A stretch of DNA of 64,000 nucleotides, from the NCBI GenBank assembly GCA_032718475.1, contig JAUCBJ010001095.1, positions 7,266 through 71,265 of the forward strand. The letters run 5' to 3'. The stretch's first letter is position 1, and each line of letters opens with the position of its first letter. A program made the position numbers and the translations under genes. Below, in pieces: positions 61,908 through 64,000 of the stretch. This DNA is from Nemertoderma westbladi. Taxonomy: Eukaryota > Animalia > Xenacoelomorpha. Below the pieces are notes generated by a model that searched no databases, was not told the DNA's origin, and saw only the letters and a list, made by a program, of their open reading frames with translations.

Positions 61908-63065
61908 CGGTACCAGTACAAGTACCGGTACAAGTTCAATTACAAACACCGGTGCCAGTACAAGTACCTGTAACAGAACAAGTACCGGTACCAGTACCAG
62001 TACAAGTACCGGTACCGGTACAAGTTCAATTACAAGCACCGGTACCAGTACAAGTACCTGTAGCAGAACTAGTACCTGTAACAGAACAAGTACCGGTACC
62101 AGTACAAGTACCTGTAACAGAACAAGTACCGGTACCAGTACCAGTACAAGTACCGGTACCGGTACAAGTTCAATTACAAGCACCGGTACCAGTTCAAGTA
62201 CCTGTAGCAGAACTAGTACCTGTAACAGAACAAGTACCGGTACCAGTACAAGTACCGGTACCAGTACAAGTACCAGTACAAGTACCGGTACAAGTTCAAT
62301 TACAAGCACCGGTACCAGTACAAGTACCTGTAACAGAACAAGTATTACCAGTACAAGTACCGGTACAAGTACAATTACAATACAAGCACCGGTACCAGTA
62401 CAAGTACCTGTAACAGAACAAGTACCTGTAACAGAACAAGTACCGGTACCAGTACAAGTACCGGTACCATTACAAGTACCAGTACAACTTCCGGTACAGG
62501 TACCAGTACAAAAGCACCGGTACCAGTACAACTACCTGTAACAGAACAAGTACCGGTACCAGTACAAGTACCGGTACCAGTACAAGTACCGGTACCAGTA
62601 CCGGTACAGGTACCAGTACAGGTACAAGTACCGGTACAGGTACCAGTACAAGTATCGGTACCAGTACAACACAAGTTCAAGTTACAGTACAAGTTCCTGT
62701 AACAGAAAAAGCACTGGTAACAGTACAAACAGCTGTATCAGTACAAGTACCGGTACAAGTACCAGTTCCATTGCAAGTACCGGTACCAGTACAAGTACCG
62801 GTACTGGTACCAGTATAGGTACCTGCATCAGAACAATTTCAAGTACCGGTTATAGTACAAGTACCTGCAACAGTACAAGTACCAGTACCGGAACCAGTGC
62901 AAGTACCGGTATTAGTACAAGTACCTGTAACAGTACAAGTACTGCTACTGGTACGAGTTTAAGTACCGGTACCAGCACAAGTTCCGGTACCAGTACAATG
63001 ACAATTTCAAGTTCCGGTACCAGTACAACGACAAGTAGTAGCTTTAACAGTACAAGTACGGTACA
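61908..63065. repeat. Intronic hexamer satellite (CCGGTA/CCAGTA/CAAGTA)n
   Basis: 6-nt periodicity with longer higher-order units. Confidence 0.9.
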
Positions 63066-63536
63066 AGCCGGTAGTCATTTATTACAAAAATGCATAACTT
63101 TCCTTCAATATTCATAATTCAGGCAGTTACAGTTCCTTAGATATAAAAAGCTCCTTCATAAAATTATTTTGAATATAAATCAATTCTTACGATTCATACT
63201 GTCCATTACAAATTGTGTATTACAGGTGTGTATTACAAATTTACTATTGTGACAGATGGGGGAGCTTGCGTGACACTTTGTGACAGAGATGGGAGGGGGG
63301 GGGGGGGGGGTGGGTGTCAAAAATCGGGGAAATTTGCTTGACATACTTTATGAACGTCCCCATACTTATCATGGGACAACTATTTGCTCTTTATTATATA
63401 TTTATTTTTGCAGATCTAATTTGTCGCTTATTAATTGATATGACGATTTTTGCTACAAAGTATATTGAAATGTAATGAGTAATTTTTTATGATTTTTTAA
63501 TTATATTTTTCTTTGGTTATATAATTATATTTGCAG

Positions 63537-64000
63537 GTGACGCAATCTGCAACGCAAGCGCAGATGTTACAACGAATGGGGGGATGTGACGATGAACTTG
63601 TCTTACGGCGCAGTTCACATTTACTGTCGGACTGGAATTCAGAGACTCGGATGCTAATGTTCGCCAAGCAGTTTCCCTTCGGTTATGGCGACCCGGGGGA
63701 CATCGCAGGCGTTGGGAATGTCGAAGGATTTCGTCATTTACTCCGGTTATCGACCCAACAGTTTAGCGATTCGGAATCTGTCCTCCGGGTTTTTGACATT
63801 CTGTCCCGCGAACAAGCACTGAGTAATACGTCTTTACGGTTGCGGAAATTCCCTGGCGTTTGTGCGAATATTAACTCGGTTACACGCGATGAACTCAAAG
63901 AATTCCTCGATAAGTCGCGTAATGAAACCGTTAATAACTCGGGGAACGCGCGATCGTTGATGACTCACGTGAAGATAGTCTCGGGAACTAAATGGGGATC
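63537..64000 (+). CDS. Helitron-like protein, exon 4 (start of Helitron_like_N/Rep region), runs off window
   Basis: TTGCAG| acceptor, phase 0, open to the window end: FAKQFPFGYGDP...FRHLLRLSTQQF...VFDILSR...LMTHVKIVSGTKWGS. Confidence 0.8.
   Translation, partial: MTQSATQAQMLQRMGGCDDELVLRRSSHLLSDWNSETRMLMFAKQFPFGYGDPGDIAGVGNVEGFRHLLRLSTQQFSDSESVLRVFDILSREQALSNTSLRLRKFPGVCANINSVTRDELKEFLDKSRNETVNNSGNARSLMTHVKIVSGTKWG

Noticed and set aside
61896-62728. VPVQ, VLVP and TGTC repeat ORFs
   Set aside because: Translations of an intronic hexamer satellite.
63290-63362. MITE-like terminus ...TACTTTATGAACGTCCCC
   Set aside because: Only one convincing end.

Overview
AT-rich eukaryotic genomic DNA, probably from an invertebrate animal (spliceosomal introns, animal-type transposons); not prokaryotic, no CRISPR. 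Host genes, each with a single-exon CDS: mitochondrial ribosomal protein MRPS9 (2.0-3.2 kb), an unrecognised 76-aa secreted repeat-peptide precursor (6.2-6.4 kb), and a 1251-aa RD/RS-repeat protein with three matrin/U1-type zinc fingers (17.4-21.2 kb, minus strand). Mobile DNA: an intact, very young Ty3/Gypsy element (LTRs differ at 1 of 245 nt, -1 frameshift signal); a decayed LINE interrupted by a 415-bp insert carrying a minimal hammerhead ribozyme; several MITEs. The main feature is a 25-kb head-to-tail array (29.8-54.8 kb) of 16 non-autonomous Helentron-type (HINE/DINE-1-like) units in three end-types. Their termini always match, and a filled/empty pair indicates base-precise gain or loss of a unit at a junction. 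The array ends at an inverted unit lacking its 3' end, followed by a spliced Helitron2/Helentron-like gene with a herpes-tegument-like deubiquitinase domain that runs off the window. All calls come from reading the sequence by eye; no database searches were run.
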